DNA of 64,000 nucleotides from a virus: IMG/VR virus record IMGVR_UViG_3300023116_008583, positions 26,192 to 90,191 of that record; one strand, 5' to 3'. Shown piece by piece: positions 18,537 to 27,430 of this stretch (position 1 is its first letter; each line of letters starts with the position of its first letter). The notes under the pieces were generated by a model. It saw only the letters and a program-made list of their open reading frames with translations, ran no database searches and was not told where the DNA came from. The position numbers and the translations under genes were made by a program.

Positions 18537-19565
18537 GTGAAGATCCTTGAAACTCTGTCTTACGACGACGTCCTGCTAGTTCCGCAATACAGCGATATTC
18601 GATCCCGAACAGAATGCGATACTTCAGTAAAGCTAGGCCCAGGAGTTGAACTATCGATTCCTGTTATCTCTTCTTGTATGGACACAGTAACAGAAGATGT
18701 GATGGCTGCTGCAATGAGCCTGATGGGCGGGTTAGGTGTTATTCACAGGTATAATTCACCTCAAGAACAGTCTGAGTTGGTCCAGATCGCTGTCAAATTA
18801 GTAGAGCATGCCGCCCCGATAGGCGCTGCAATTGGAGTCACGGATGATTTTATGGAAAGGGCTGAACTTTTGGTCCATGCTGGAGTCTCTGCTCTCTGTG
18901 TTGATGTAGCGCATGGTCATCATATTCTGGTTAAGGAAGCACTGGAAAATCTTAGAAGTAAATTTGGAAATAATCTGTGTATCATCGCAGGAAATGTTGC
19001 GACACTACAAGGAATAAACGACCTCGCAGACTGGGGTGCAAACGCTGTAAGGTGCAATATTGGGGGAGGATCAATTTGCAGTACAAGAATTCAGACTGGG
19101 CATGGTGTGCCAGGTCTCCAGACAATCTTTGACTGTGCCCAAACTGATCGAGACGTTAAAATTATCGCTGACGGCGGTATTAAGAACAGCGGTGATGCTA
19201 CAAAGGCACTAGCAGCAGGATCAGACTGTATTATGCTAGGTTCTATGCTTTCTGGGACTGATGAATCTCCCGGCGATATCATTTATAGCAACGGTCAAAA
19301 GAGGAAAGCTTATAGGGGCATGGCAAGCCCTGAAGCACAGTTTGACTGGAGGGGCAGAGCCAGCTCTCTAGAAGGTATTTCAACAACTGTTCCTTATAAA
19401 GGCAGCGTAAAAGATATAATTAATACGTTGATGCAGGGCATAAGAAGTGGCTTTTCCTATTCAGGAAGTCGAACTTTAAGTGAGCTGCATGCAAAAGCAA
19501 AGTTTGTGAAACAAACAGGAGCAGGAGCTGTAGAAAGTGGGACTCATATTCTCTCAAGTAACTAA
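18537..19565 (+). CDS. IMP dehydrogenase/GMP reductase family protein (no CBS domains)
   Basis: YDDVLLVP, MDTVTE, DVAHGH, GGGSICSTR, ADGG, YRGMAS. Confidence 0.92.
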   Translation: MKILETLSYDDVLLVPQYSDIRSRTECDTSVKLGPGVELSIPVISSCMDTVTEDVMAAAMSLMGGLGVIHRYNSPQEQSELVQIAVKLVEHAAPIGAAIGVTDDFMERAELLVHAGVSALCVDVAHGHHILVKEALENLRSKFGNNLCIIAGNVATLQGINDLADWGANAVRCNIGGGSICSTRIQTGHGVPGLQTIFDCAQTDRDVKIIADGGIKNSGDATKALAAGSDCIMLGSMLSGTDESPGDIIYSNGQKRKAYRGMASPEAQFDWRGRASSLEGISTTVPYKGSVKDIINTLMQGIRSGFSYSGSRTLSELHAKAKFVKQTGAGAVESGTHILSSN

Positions 19566-20235
19566 GATCTTACAGGGCTTAATAAACTCCTTTGTTTCGA
19601 ATGAAATGAAAAAGACTGCTTGTCAAATCAAGGAGGCAGAAGGTATGCCATGTGAGAATAGATACATGTGGATTATTGATAATGGGCACGGAGAGTCTAC
19701 CCCTGGAAAAAGATCTCCTGAATTTAAAGATGGATCACAGTTAAGAGAATATCTTTTCAATAGAAGAGTTTCCGCTCACTTAATGGAGCTCCTTGATGAC
19801 GCCAGAATTTGCTATCGTAATCTTGTCCCAGAATTAGAAAATGATATCGCACTATCAGAAAGAGTTAAAAGAGCAAACGAGATTGAAACAGAATTACCAA
19901 AAATTTTAATTTCAATTCATGGAAATGCTTTTGGTTCTGATTGGACATCACCCTCAGGCATTGAGACGTACCACTTTACTGGAAGCAAAACAGGAAAAAC
20001 TCTCGCTCAAATATTTCAAGATAAACTAACGATGGAAACAGGATGGAAAGACAGAGGTGTAAAAAACTCTGGCTTTTATATTTTGCGCCATACAAGCATG
20101 CCTGCAATTTTGACTGAGAATGGTTTCTTTACAAACAAAGAAGAATGCAAAAAAATGATGTCGGATGAATGGTGTCAAAAAATTGCAAAAGCACATTTTA
20201 ATGCAATCCAGGAGATTGAAAGAGAGGGAATATGA
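19537..20235 (+). CDS. N-acetylmuramoyl-L-alanine amidase (Amidase_3)
   Basis: IDNGHG, ISIHGNA, SGIETY, ILTENGF; start may be 19645. Confidence 0.9.
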   Translation: MGLIFSQVTKILQGLINSFVSNEMKKTACQIKEAEGMPCENRYMWIIDNGHGESTPGKRSPEFKDGSQLREYLFNRRVSAHLMELLDDARICYRNLVPELENDIALSERVKRANEIETELPKILISIHGNAFGSDWTSPSGIETYHFTGSKTGKTLAQIFQDKLTMETGWKDRGVKNSGFYILRHTSMPAILTENGFFTNKEECKKMMSDEWCQKIAKAHFNAIQEIEREGI

Positions 20236-20435
20236 TAAAAACTGGTGATCTAAAAAAGTTTAAAAAGGCAATTGAGGAAGCAATCAGAGATTTGCCTAGC
20301 GACATTAATATGGGCTCTCATTCTGCCAGAAGCTACGCCAGAGACAAGATCTATGACAGACTGATGGATGAGTTTCAGGTTCGACCACCTCAGCCCAGTG
20401 ATATTCCCCCGCTTGAGATTGAAATGGAAATTTAA
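20232..20435 (+). CDS. hypothetical protein
   Basis: ATGA overlap with upstream gene. Confidence 0.55.
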   Translation: MIKTGDLKKFKKAIEEAIRDLPSDINMGSHSARSYARDKIYDRLMDEFQVRPPQPSDIPPLEIEMEI

Positions 20436-20621
20436 ATGAGCCGGCGTCATAGGCGCATCTTACTAAACAACGACATTTATAAGATTATAATGAAGGTGTT
20501 CAACCGAAAGGGTAGATTCTGGTTAGTGCGTGTCCCGTGTTTAAAAAGATTTTTAGCGCATGAGATTGCCAATGAAGTTTCTAAGAGAGTTGAAGAGGAA
20601 ATAGAGCGTGAGACATCCTGA
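20436..20621 (+). CDS. hypothetical protein
   Basis: ORF packing. Confidence 0.5.
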   Translation: MSRRHRRILLNNDIYKIIMKVFNRKGRFWLVRVPCLKRFLAHEIANEVSKRVEEEIERETS

Positions 20622-21180
20622 GTTCATCATATTTACGGGACCTATGTTTGGATCTAAGACTACTCGGCTCATGGCAGTAGTTGATAGATTTAAGTACCAG
20701 AATAGAAAGGTGCTTGCATTTAAGCCGAAAATGGATGACAGATATGATCAAGCTGATATCGTAACTCACAACGGAGGAAAGATAACAGCAAGCACGATAC
20801 ACGATGCCGCAGAGATATTCATGCACTTGGCAGAATCAGATGACAACTATGATGTTGTAGCCGTAGATGAAGCGTTTATGATCAGTGGTATTGCAGATGT
20901 TCTCATATGGCTTTACCAGCGAGGAATAACAGTTGTAGTTTCTTCTTTGGATATGTCAGCCACATGTAAGCCGTTTGATGAGCTGCAGAAGATGATGCCT
21001 TGGGCTACAAAAATCGAGAAGTGTCCAGCTGTTTGTCCCGTTTGTAGTAGAGATGCCTACTATACTTATAAAAAGAATAATGATGGCATTGAGATCGCTG
21101 TGGGTGGTGCTGAGCTTTACGAGCCGAGATGCTTTGATCACCACCCCCTTATGAATAAGAGAGAGTACAATGATACCTAA
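20608..21180 (+). CDS. tdk: thymidine kinase
   Basis: GPMFGSKTT, VDEA, CPVC, GGAELYEPRC. Confidence 0.93.
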   Translation: MRHPEFIIFTGPMFGSKTTRLMAVVDRFKYQNRKVLAFKPKMDDRYDQADIVTHNGGKITASTIHDAAEIFMHLAESDDNYDVVAVDEAFMISGIADVLIWLYQRGITVVVSSLDMSATCKPFDELQKMMPWATKIEKCPAVCPVCSRDAYYTYKKNNDGIEIAVGGAELYEPRCFDHHPLMNKREYNDT

Positions 21181-22045
21181 CCCCAGGGACGTAGATCTTG
21201 TCATTTATCACAAGAACTGCACAGACGGTTTTGGAGCAGCATACTCTGCCTGGAGGCTTCTGGGCAATAGAGCTGAGTACGTTGCTTGTGCTCATGGAGA
21301 AGATCCGCCAGATGTAAAAGGAAAGAAAGTTGCCATTTGTGACTTTTCTTTTAAGAATTCTGTTACAAAGAAAATGATCGAAGATGCGGACGCGCTGGTT
21401 GTGCTCGATCATCACAAATCAGCAATGGTTGAACTGCATGATATTCCTGACGCAATTTTCAACATGGAAAAATCAGGTGCTGTGATCACTTGGGAATTCT
21501 TTCATCCCGGCAAAGATGTGCCAAAATTCATCCAGTATATCGAGGATAGAGATTTGTGGAAGTGGGATCTTCCTTATTCAAAGGAGTTCGCAGCCGCTTT
21601 TGATATGGTGCCTTTTGCATTTGAAGAGTTTGAGAAGTTTGAAGATGACTCTGTGTTTGACGACGCAGTTAAAAGAGGTAGTTACATTCTTGCCTACTCA
21701 AAAACAGTTGTTAAAAAGATTGCAGATAAAGCGATTCCAAGAAAACTTGCAGGACACGAAGCACTTGTTGTTAACGCCTCACACTGGATGTCGGAGATAG
21801 GAAACGCTCTCTCACCTCACTGTGACCTTGCTCTCATTTGGTTTCACGATCACGAAGACAAGAAAATTCGAGTAAGCTTAAGAGCATTCCATGACAACAT
21901 AGATGCGTCAGAGATCGCTAAGCAGTTCGGTGGAGGCGGTCATAAGTCTGCTGCAGGCTTTACATGGGAAAAGAATATTGAAGAGCTTTTTGACAAGCCA
22001 AAGAGAAGAACAAAAAAGTCAGCACAAAAAAGCAAAGATGATTGA
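21170..22045 (+). CDS. DHH/DHHA1 phosphoesterase
   Basis: YHKNCTDG, LDHH, DRDLW, GGGGHKSAAGF. Confidence 0.9.
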   Translation: MIPNPRDVDLVIYHKNCTDGFGAAYSAWRLLGNRAEYVACAHGEDPPDVKGKKVAICDFSFKNSVTKKMIEDADALVVLDHHKSAMVELHDIPDAIFNMEKSGAVITWEFFHPGKDVPKFIQYIEDRDLWKWDLPYSKEFAAAFDMVPFAFEEFEKFEDDSVFDDAVKRGSYILAYSKTVVKKIADKAIPRKLAGHEALVVNASHWMSEIGNALSPHCDLALIWFHDHEDKKIRVSLRAFHDNIDASEIAKQFGGGGHKSAAGFTWEKNIEELFDKPKRRTKKSAQKSKDD

Positions 22046-22587
22046 AAGGAATCTCTATGAAGTACTTATTGATGCTTAGTCTAATGTTATTGCCTGCTGT
22101 ATCGCAGGCCGAAGAGCAACGAATCGGTTTCGTTGCAGGTTCAACTTATGGTGTAGGGTTAGGCTACAGTAAGCAACATAAGGATGGCACTGGGTGGCAA
22201 GTCTCAGCCCTACCTATTGTTGAGGACGACTTTGACGCCACAGTCTTTCTTGGTGGAACTTACTTCAAGACGCTCAACGCCACATCTTGGGGTCGAGCTT
22301 ACTGGTCATTCGGCGCCGCTGCGTTCTACAGCCGGAACACCGATGAACGGTTTGAGTGGATTTGTGACGATGCTCGTGAAAACTGTCGAGATGTTAGCCT
22401 GGGATCAACACTGGACGAAGGTGTTGTACTTTCTTTCGGTCCGGGTGTAGGCTTGGAGCGCCGCTGGAAGCAGTTTGCGCTGTCTCTGGAGCTTCCTCTT
22501 GCCATTCAGGTTGGTTATGCTGCGCACAAGCCACGCTTCTTCGGCGTGCATCCCATTCCTAACTTTTCCCTGATGTATTTCTGGTAA
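22042..22587 (+). CDS. outer-membrane beta-barrel-like exported protein
   Basis: Signal peptide, alternating strands, terminal aromatic residue (MYFW). Confidence 0.55.
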   Translation: MKGISMKYLLMLSLMLLPAVSQAEEQRIGFVAGSTYGVGLGYSKQHKDGTGWQVSALPIVEDDFDATVFLGGTYFKTLNATSWGRAYWSFGAAAFYSRNTDERFEWICDDARENCRDVSLGSTLDEGVVLSFGPGVGLERRWKQFALSLELPLAIQVGYAAHKPRFFGVHPIPNFSLMYFW

Positions 22588-22588
22588 G

Positions 22589-23080
22589 ATGCCAAAGTTT
22601 CCTGATGATCCAAATTGCTATGACTGCGGGTGCGATAGTAAGCCAGCGTGTCCGGGCTATCAGGAAGATGGGCGTCCTGAATGGGATAATGTGTGGATGA
22701 AAGTTACTCACAATGTAGCTGAACGCTCTTATGACCCTAGGCATAAAGTAGGTACCATTATCGTTACTGAGGATAACACGCAGTTGCTTTCCTTGGGATA
22801 TAACGGTAACTATAAAGGCGGCCCAAACAGAGCTGAATCAGATCAACCTGGTGAATCTGGATTTATACACGCAGAGCAGAATGCACTTATTAAACTAGAT
22901 TTTAACAACCCAAAAGTAAAAAAGATGTACATTACGCTAAGTCCTTGTTCACATTGTGCCAAAATGATTGTTAACTCGAACATTGACGAAGTGATATACG
23001 ATCAAGAGTATAGAGACTCTCGAGGACTAGGCATTCTTCGAGAAGCAGGAGTTAAGGTAAGACAGTACAGTGCTTCGTAA
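22589..23080 (+). CDS. dCMP deaminase
   Basis: GYNG, HAEQNA, SPCSHC. Confidence 0.92.
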   Translation: MPKFPDDPNCYDCGCDSKPACPGYQEDGRPEWDNVWMKVTHNVAERSYDPRHKVGTIIVTEDNTQLLSLGYNGNYKGGPNRAESDQPGESGFIHAEQNALIKLDFNNPKVKKMYITLSPCSHCAKMIVNSNIDEVIYDQEYRDSRGLGILREAGVKVRQYSAS

Positions 23081-23101
23081 TGTAAATGCTGGTTTTGCTG
23101 A

Positions 23102-23108
23102 ATATTTA
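23102..23108 (+). promoter_or_regulatory. putative late-promoter motif ATATTTA
   Basis: Lies between dCMP deaminase and the GTG 23130 start; GGAG RBS follows. Confidence 0.55.
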
Positions 23109-23129
23109 TATCCGGATTGGAGCGTTAAT

Positions 23130-23435
23130 GTGAATAATCTGCTTACCAAAGAAAGACTTTTCCAGATCGTTGAAGAAGAGCGAGCTAAGCTAGCACACGA
23201 AGATGAATGCAAAGCTAATAAAATGCCACTAACCATCGATCTAAATTCAGTGTCCCCAGGATTAAAAGTATGTGATAAGAAGTCCGGTTTGGTGTACACG
23301 GTCAGCGCAGTAAATGCTGACGATGTTTCTGAGGCAGACAACGCGGTTGAAAAAGGTGTATCTTTGAAGACGCCAACAGGACAAATATTTCACGTTAGCG
23401 AAAAAGAATTTAAGAAGAATTATAAGGTAGAGTAG
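23130..23435 (+). CDS. hypothetical protein with N-terminal helical tag
   Basis: GTG start with RBS; LTKERLFQIVEEE. Confidence 0.6.
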   Translation: MNNLLTKERLFQIVEEERAKLAHEDECKANKMPLTIDLNSVSPGLKVCDKKSGLVYTVSAVNADDVSEADNAVEKGVSLKTPTGQIFHVSEKEFKKNYKVE

Positions 23436-23439
23436 TGAT

Positions 23440-24132
23440 ATGAAAAAGAATGAAGTCGCCGAACTTATTAAAAACACGCTTGAGATTGAATCTACTGAAG
23501 AAAATGAGTCTTTAAATGAGGCACTAGTTGCTCAAACCAAGACTTATTCGATTCCAACAGAGGCTCTTTCGCAGGCAAATAAAAAGAATCATTACGAGCT
23601 TTATGAGCAATATGTTAAAGATTTCAATAGAATTAGCGCCGAGCTCGATGCGGTTTCTCGTACAAACGCAAGCGGAAATCACTCGCTTTTCAGATCACTA
23701 AAGATTGACGAAGTTTATAACTTGAACGCTGTTTACTTGCACGAGCTTTACTTTGCTAACATTGGTGATCTTCAAAGTGAGATTACAATGAACACGCTTG
23801 TTTACATGCGACTTGAGAGAGACTTCGGGTCTTTTGATGATTGGCAAAGAGATTTCCTCGCCTGCGCTTCAGCATCTCGATGTGGTTGGGTCGTGACAGG
23901 TTACAACATATTCACCCAAACATATATGAACTATGTCGTAGACCTTCATAGTTTGAATGTTCCAGTCGGTGTGATTCCTGTCGTCGTGATGGATGTTTGG
24001 CAGCACGCTTATTACAAAGATTATCTCAAGGATGTTTCTGAATACACGCAGAACATGATGAGAGAATTGAATTGGAATGTTATTGAAAGCCGATTTGAAC
24101 GTGCTGAAAAAGCTGCACAGGCTCTCAAGTAA
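23440..24132 (+). CDS. Fe/Mn superoxide dismutase-like protein with N-terminal extension
   Basis: H..LY..Y, LHELYF, FGSF, GW, DVWQHAYY. Confidence 0.88.
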   Translation: MKKNEVAELIKNTLEIESTEENESLNEALVAQTKTYSIPTEALSQANKKNHYELYEQYVKDFNRISAELDAVSRTNASGNHSLFRSLKIDEVYNLNAVYLHELYFANIGDLQSEITMNTLVYMRLERDFGSFDDWQRDFLACASASRCGWVVTGYNIFTQTYMNYVVDLHSLNVPVGVIPVVVMDVWQHAYYKDYLKDVSEYTQNMMRELNWNVIESRFERAEKAAQALK

Positions 24133-24140
24133 GGAGACTA

Positions 24141-24740
24141 ATGATGGAAGAAACAATTAGAAAGATTATTCTTGAGATGGCACAGACAATCAATGAGCAA
24201 GATGAGAATGATGAGAAAGATATGCCCGATTCTCTTGATGCTCAAATCGACGCTCTCTTGATCAAATACGATACTGTTGCGGCTGATAGTGCAGATCAAG
24301 GCGATCTGAGCGAAAATAGTTTTCCACAATCTCTTTCTTATTTGCTCGAGCAGCTCGGTGAGCCTGAGGCAGAACCAGAACCTGATCAAGTCCTGGACCA
24401 GGAGGATGAGCCTGAAGCCGAAGAAGCACCAGAAGAAGCCGCAGAAGAAGATCTTCCTGAAGCTAAGCCCTCTCTGGATGTTCAAATGTTCACAGAGAGA
24501 GTTGCTAGATTAGCTTCGATGCCAGATAGAATCTTAGATATCGTGACCGTAATTCTTGTGCGTGCTGAAAACTACGTTAGAGAAAATTATGATGATGCGA
24601 CTGCAGATGAAATGAAAGAACTTCTCTACACTGAGCATAGACTTGAATTACCTGAAGATGCAGTTGAGAGAGTTCTTGACACAGATGTTCCACCCCCGCC
24701 CGCAAAAGGTGCAGGACCCGGTGGAGGATCGGCGGCCTGA
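24141..24740 (+). CDS. acidic hypothetical protein (putative head-associated)
   Basis: Very Glu/Asp rich; IRKIILE...INE. Confidence 0.6.
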   Translation: MMEETIRKIILEMAQTINEQDENDEKDMPDSLDAQIDALLIKYDTVAADSADQGDLSENSFPQSLSYLLEQLGEPEAEPEPDQVLDQEDEPEAEEAPEEAAEEDLPEAKPSLDVQMFTERVARLASMPDRILDIVTVILVRAENYVRENYDDATADEMKELLYTEHRLELPEDAVERVLDTDVPPPPAKGAGPGGGSAA

Positions 24741-25028
24741 TTGAGCAAATATAAAGATTTCGATCATAGAAAATCTATACACGTCAAGCTTCTAACTGAG
24801 ACTCACGCAGCGTTCAGAATTGAACTTATCAAAAAGAAACTGTCGATGCAGGAAGTTTTTGAAGACTTCGCCCAAAGAGTCGTTAGGGGAGATGGTTTTG
24901 CGCACAGAGTGCTAGACACCATAGCTAGAAAGAAACGTGAGCGTCACATCGAAAGACTTTCAGAGACAGACGCTGAGTCAATATTCGATGCTATCGAGGA
25001 CCAATCACTCGATCCGGATGATATCTAA
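24741..25028 (+). CDS. ribbon-helix-helix-like DNA-binding protein
   Basis: KSIHVKL...HAAFRI...LSMQEVF. Confidence 0.5.
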   Translation: MSKYKDFDHRKSIHVKLLTETHAAFRIELIKKKLSMQEVFEDFAQRVVRGDGFAHRVLDTIARKKRERHIERLSETDAESIFDAIEDQSLDPDDI

Positions 25029-25301
25029 ATGTTTTGGAGAAAAAACAGCACACAAAAGCTAAAAATTGAAGAGCTGCAGCAAAAAGTTGATACTCTTGAA
25101 CAGACAGTTGTATCAATTCTTGGTACTATCGAGATAATTAATAATCGACTAGACAAGCACGTGGAGTTCATTTCATCAATAAGTAAAACTAATAGCACAG
25201 TCTTAAGAATGTTGGATTTTCAAAATTCTCCTGAAGGCAAAAACAATGATGATGTGAAATTTCTCGGTTTTGTTTATGACGAAGATGAGGAGGAAGAATG
25301 A
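25029..25301 (+). CDS. coiled-coil hypothetical protein
   Basis: Heptad pattern; ORF packing. Confidence 0.55.
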   Translation: MFWRKNSTQKLKIEELQQKVDTLEQTVVSILGTIEIINNRLDKHVEFISSISKTNSTVLRMLDFQNSPEGKNNDDVKFLGFVYDEDEEEE

Positions 25302-25483
25302 TGCCAGCATTTGTTGACAAGCACGTTTCCAAGTTTATATCAAGAAAGTTTTTAGTATGGCTTTGCTCGTGTGGTTTTCTTTATGGAGAGCTTCTTACAG
25401 GGGAGCAATGGACATTCCTGTCAGTTGTTTATATCGGCGGCCAGGCTGCTATTGATGCGTTTTTGAAGTGGAAAGGCAAATGA
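25298..25483 (+). CDS. small two-TM protein (holin-like)
   Basis: SRKFLV, two hydrophobic segments, YIGGQAAID. Confidence 0.55.
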   Translation: MMPAFVDKHVSKFISRKFLVWLCSCGFLYGELLTGEQWTFLSVVYIGGQAAIDAFLKWKGK

Positions 25484-25878
25484 CTTCTCTGCTTAAATCA
25501 ATAAAGAAGCTTTGGGTTTCTTCAAAAGCTACTGTTTTAATCTTCGGCGCTTTTATGATCGGCCTCGGTCTTTTATTTTTACTTAGAGGCAAAGATGTTG
25601 ATCCTTGGGAGATCTTAAGCGAGCAAAAGAAAGCTCGTGATAAAGAACTTGAAGCTATTGAAGATGCGCATCAAGAGTTAGCTAAGCAAAACGCTGAGAT
25701 CGATGAGAATCTAAAAAAGATTCTAAAAGAGATTGATGAAAAGTACGCAGAAGAAAACAAAAAGCTTGATCGAAAAACAAAGAAAGAAATAGAAAAGATT
25801 GTTAAAGACACAAATCTCAGCCCAGAAGAATTAGCTAAAAAACTAGCTGAAGCAACGGGTTTATCTTTAGACGAGTAA
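25480..25878 (+). CDS. membrane-anchored coiled-coil protein (spanin-like)
   Basis: N-terminal TM followed by charged coiled coil. Confidence 0.5.
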   Translation: MTSLLKSIKKLWVSSKATVLIFGAFMIGLGLLFLLRGKDVDPWEILSEQKKARDKELEAIEDAHQELAKQNAEIDENLKKILKEIDEKYAEENKKLDRKTKKEIEKIVKDTNLSPEELAKKLAEATGLSLDE

Positions 25879-25916
25879 GAGTTATAATAGAAAAGTAAAT
25901 TGGACGGAGTATACCA

Positions 25917-26948
25917 ATGAGTGAATTTGATTTTGTTGACCATTACGAAGACCAGGAGGAGTCTGCAAATCTTCTTCCTGAAAATGAAGCTGAGTCTGCA
26001 ATTAATTGTGCTTTTGTAGGAGTTGGCGGCGGCGGCTGTAAGATTGCCAAAGCGTTCCTAGACTTGGGTTTTACAAAGACACTTTTGATCAACACTACGG
26101 ATAAGGATTTCCAATCAGGAATCGATAAGGATCATCTGCTGGCACTTCCGGGTGCAGATGGTGTTGCAAAGAATATTGAACTTGGTCGCAAGGTTCTCAA
26201 TGAAAACAGTGCATTGGTTGAAGATGCTCTGCGCACCAGGCTTGGCAAGGTCGACTGGCTTTTCGTTTGCGCCGGCGGCGGAGGTGGAACTGGTTCTTCT
26301 GCAGCAATCTTGGATCCTGTTTTTAAGAGATTCCTTGAGATTAATGAAGCATCTGGCAAGGTTGTTTATGTTGTCACATCACCTACATCTCAAGAGAAGC
26401 TAAACGCAACGATCAAGAGCAATGCTAAGTCTTTGGAATCAGATGTCACAGATAATCCTCACATCGTACTTGACAACGAACGTCAGCTGAACTCTTTCAG
26501 AGGTAAAGTTGGTGTCCTCGGTTTGTATCCGGCAGCGAACAAGGCGTTTGCTAAGATGTTCTGGCAGCTTTTGCGCCTTGCGTGCGAGCAATCTCCAATC
26601 CAAGCTTTTGACGGCAAGGATCTTGAGAGGTTCCTTAGTGCAACCGGCAGGATTGTTCTGGGGTCTGCAATCGTCCAGCCAAGTACAAATCTTGGTGTCG
26701 AACTTTATCAGAGTTGCATTAATAACTCTCCATGCCCAAAACCAACAGGCCATGCTGAGACAGGTGTTCTTTTGCAGGTGATCACCGAAGATCACGCTAA
26801 TGATGTTGATATTAGTGGGCACTTGGAAGCTGCTACTGCATATGTTGGCGGAAGAACAAATACACTGTTCTCAGGGATCTATGTTCGTGACGCACTACCA
26901 GGACTTGTAAGTGTTATGGCTCTTGCAGGATTGCCGTGCAACGATTAA
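25917..26948 (+). CDS. tubulin/FtsZ-family GTPase
   Basis: GVGGGG, INT, GADG, GGGGGTGS signature, DN, FDGKD T7-like loop. Confidence 0.88.
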   Translation: MSEFDFVDHYEDQEESANLLPENEAESAINCAFVGVGGGGCKIAKAFLDLGFTKTLLINTTDKDFQSGIDKDHLLALPGADGVAKNIELGRKVLNENSALVEDALRTRLGKVDWLFVCAGGGGGTGSSAAILDPVFKRFLEINEASGKVVYVVTSPTSQEKLNATIKSNAKSLESDVTDNPHIVLDNERQLNSFRGKVGVLGLYPAANKAFAKMFWQLLRLACEQSPIQAFDGKDLERFLSATGRIVLGSAIVQPSTNLGVELYQSCINNSPCPKPTGHAETGVLLQVITEDHANDVDISGHLEAATAYVGGRTNTLFSGIYVRDALPGLVSVMALAGLPCND

Positions 26949-27376
26949 TTTCTTTTATCTGTTTGGTATCTTTGCTCTCACCTGGTATTGCACAGGCTGA
27001 GTGTGCTCAGATCACTCCGATAAAAAAAGATGAAGTTGCCGCATGCGACGGAGTCTTGATTAGGTCTGATGCAGTTCCAAGCGTTATAGTTAACTTGACT
27101 TCTGCTGAAGAAAAATGCAAACTTAGGCTAAAAGAACAGCAGGAAAAATCAGATGCATGGTGCACTGCAGAAAAAGATAAGCTAAAAGCTCAAATCGAAG
27201 TGCAAAAAGAACTATCTGATAAAAGATTAAAGATAAGACAAGAACAGATTGACTTTCTGACAGAAGAGATTAAAAGATTAAAGCAGCCTCGAACAGGAAT
27301 GTGGTTAACTATAGGCGTCGTTTCAGGGGTTGCGATAACAATGGCAGCAGCTTGGTCACTTAATCAAGTTAAGTAG
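26936..27376 (+). CDS. exported coiled-coil protein with C-terminal TM
   Basis: Signal peptide AQA, Cys pairs, coiled coil, hydrophobic tail. Confidence 0.6.
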   Translation: MQRLISFICLVSLLSPGIAQAECAQITPIKKDEVAACDGVLIRSDAVPSVIVNLTSAEEKCKLRLKEQQEKSDAWCTAEKDKLKAQIEVQKELSDKRLKIRQEQIDFLTEEIKRLKQPRTGMWLTIGVVSGVAITMAAAWSLNQVK

Positions 27377-27397
27377 CTATTATTTCTGCCAGAAACG

Positions 27398-27404
27398 ATA
27401 TTTA
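27398..27404 (+). promoter_or_regulatory. putative late-promoter motif ATATTTA
   Basis: Intergenic, GGAG RBS downstream. Confidence 0.6.
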
Positions 27405-27430
27405 TAACTGGATTGTCTCCGGAGATTTAA

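Noticed and set aside
18537-19565. Definite guaB versus guaC call
   Set aside because: The short flap lacks the IMPDH Arg-Tyr dyad, but reaction direction cannot be settled from motifs alone
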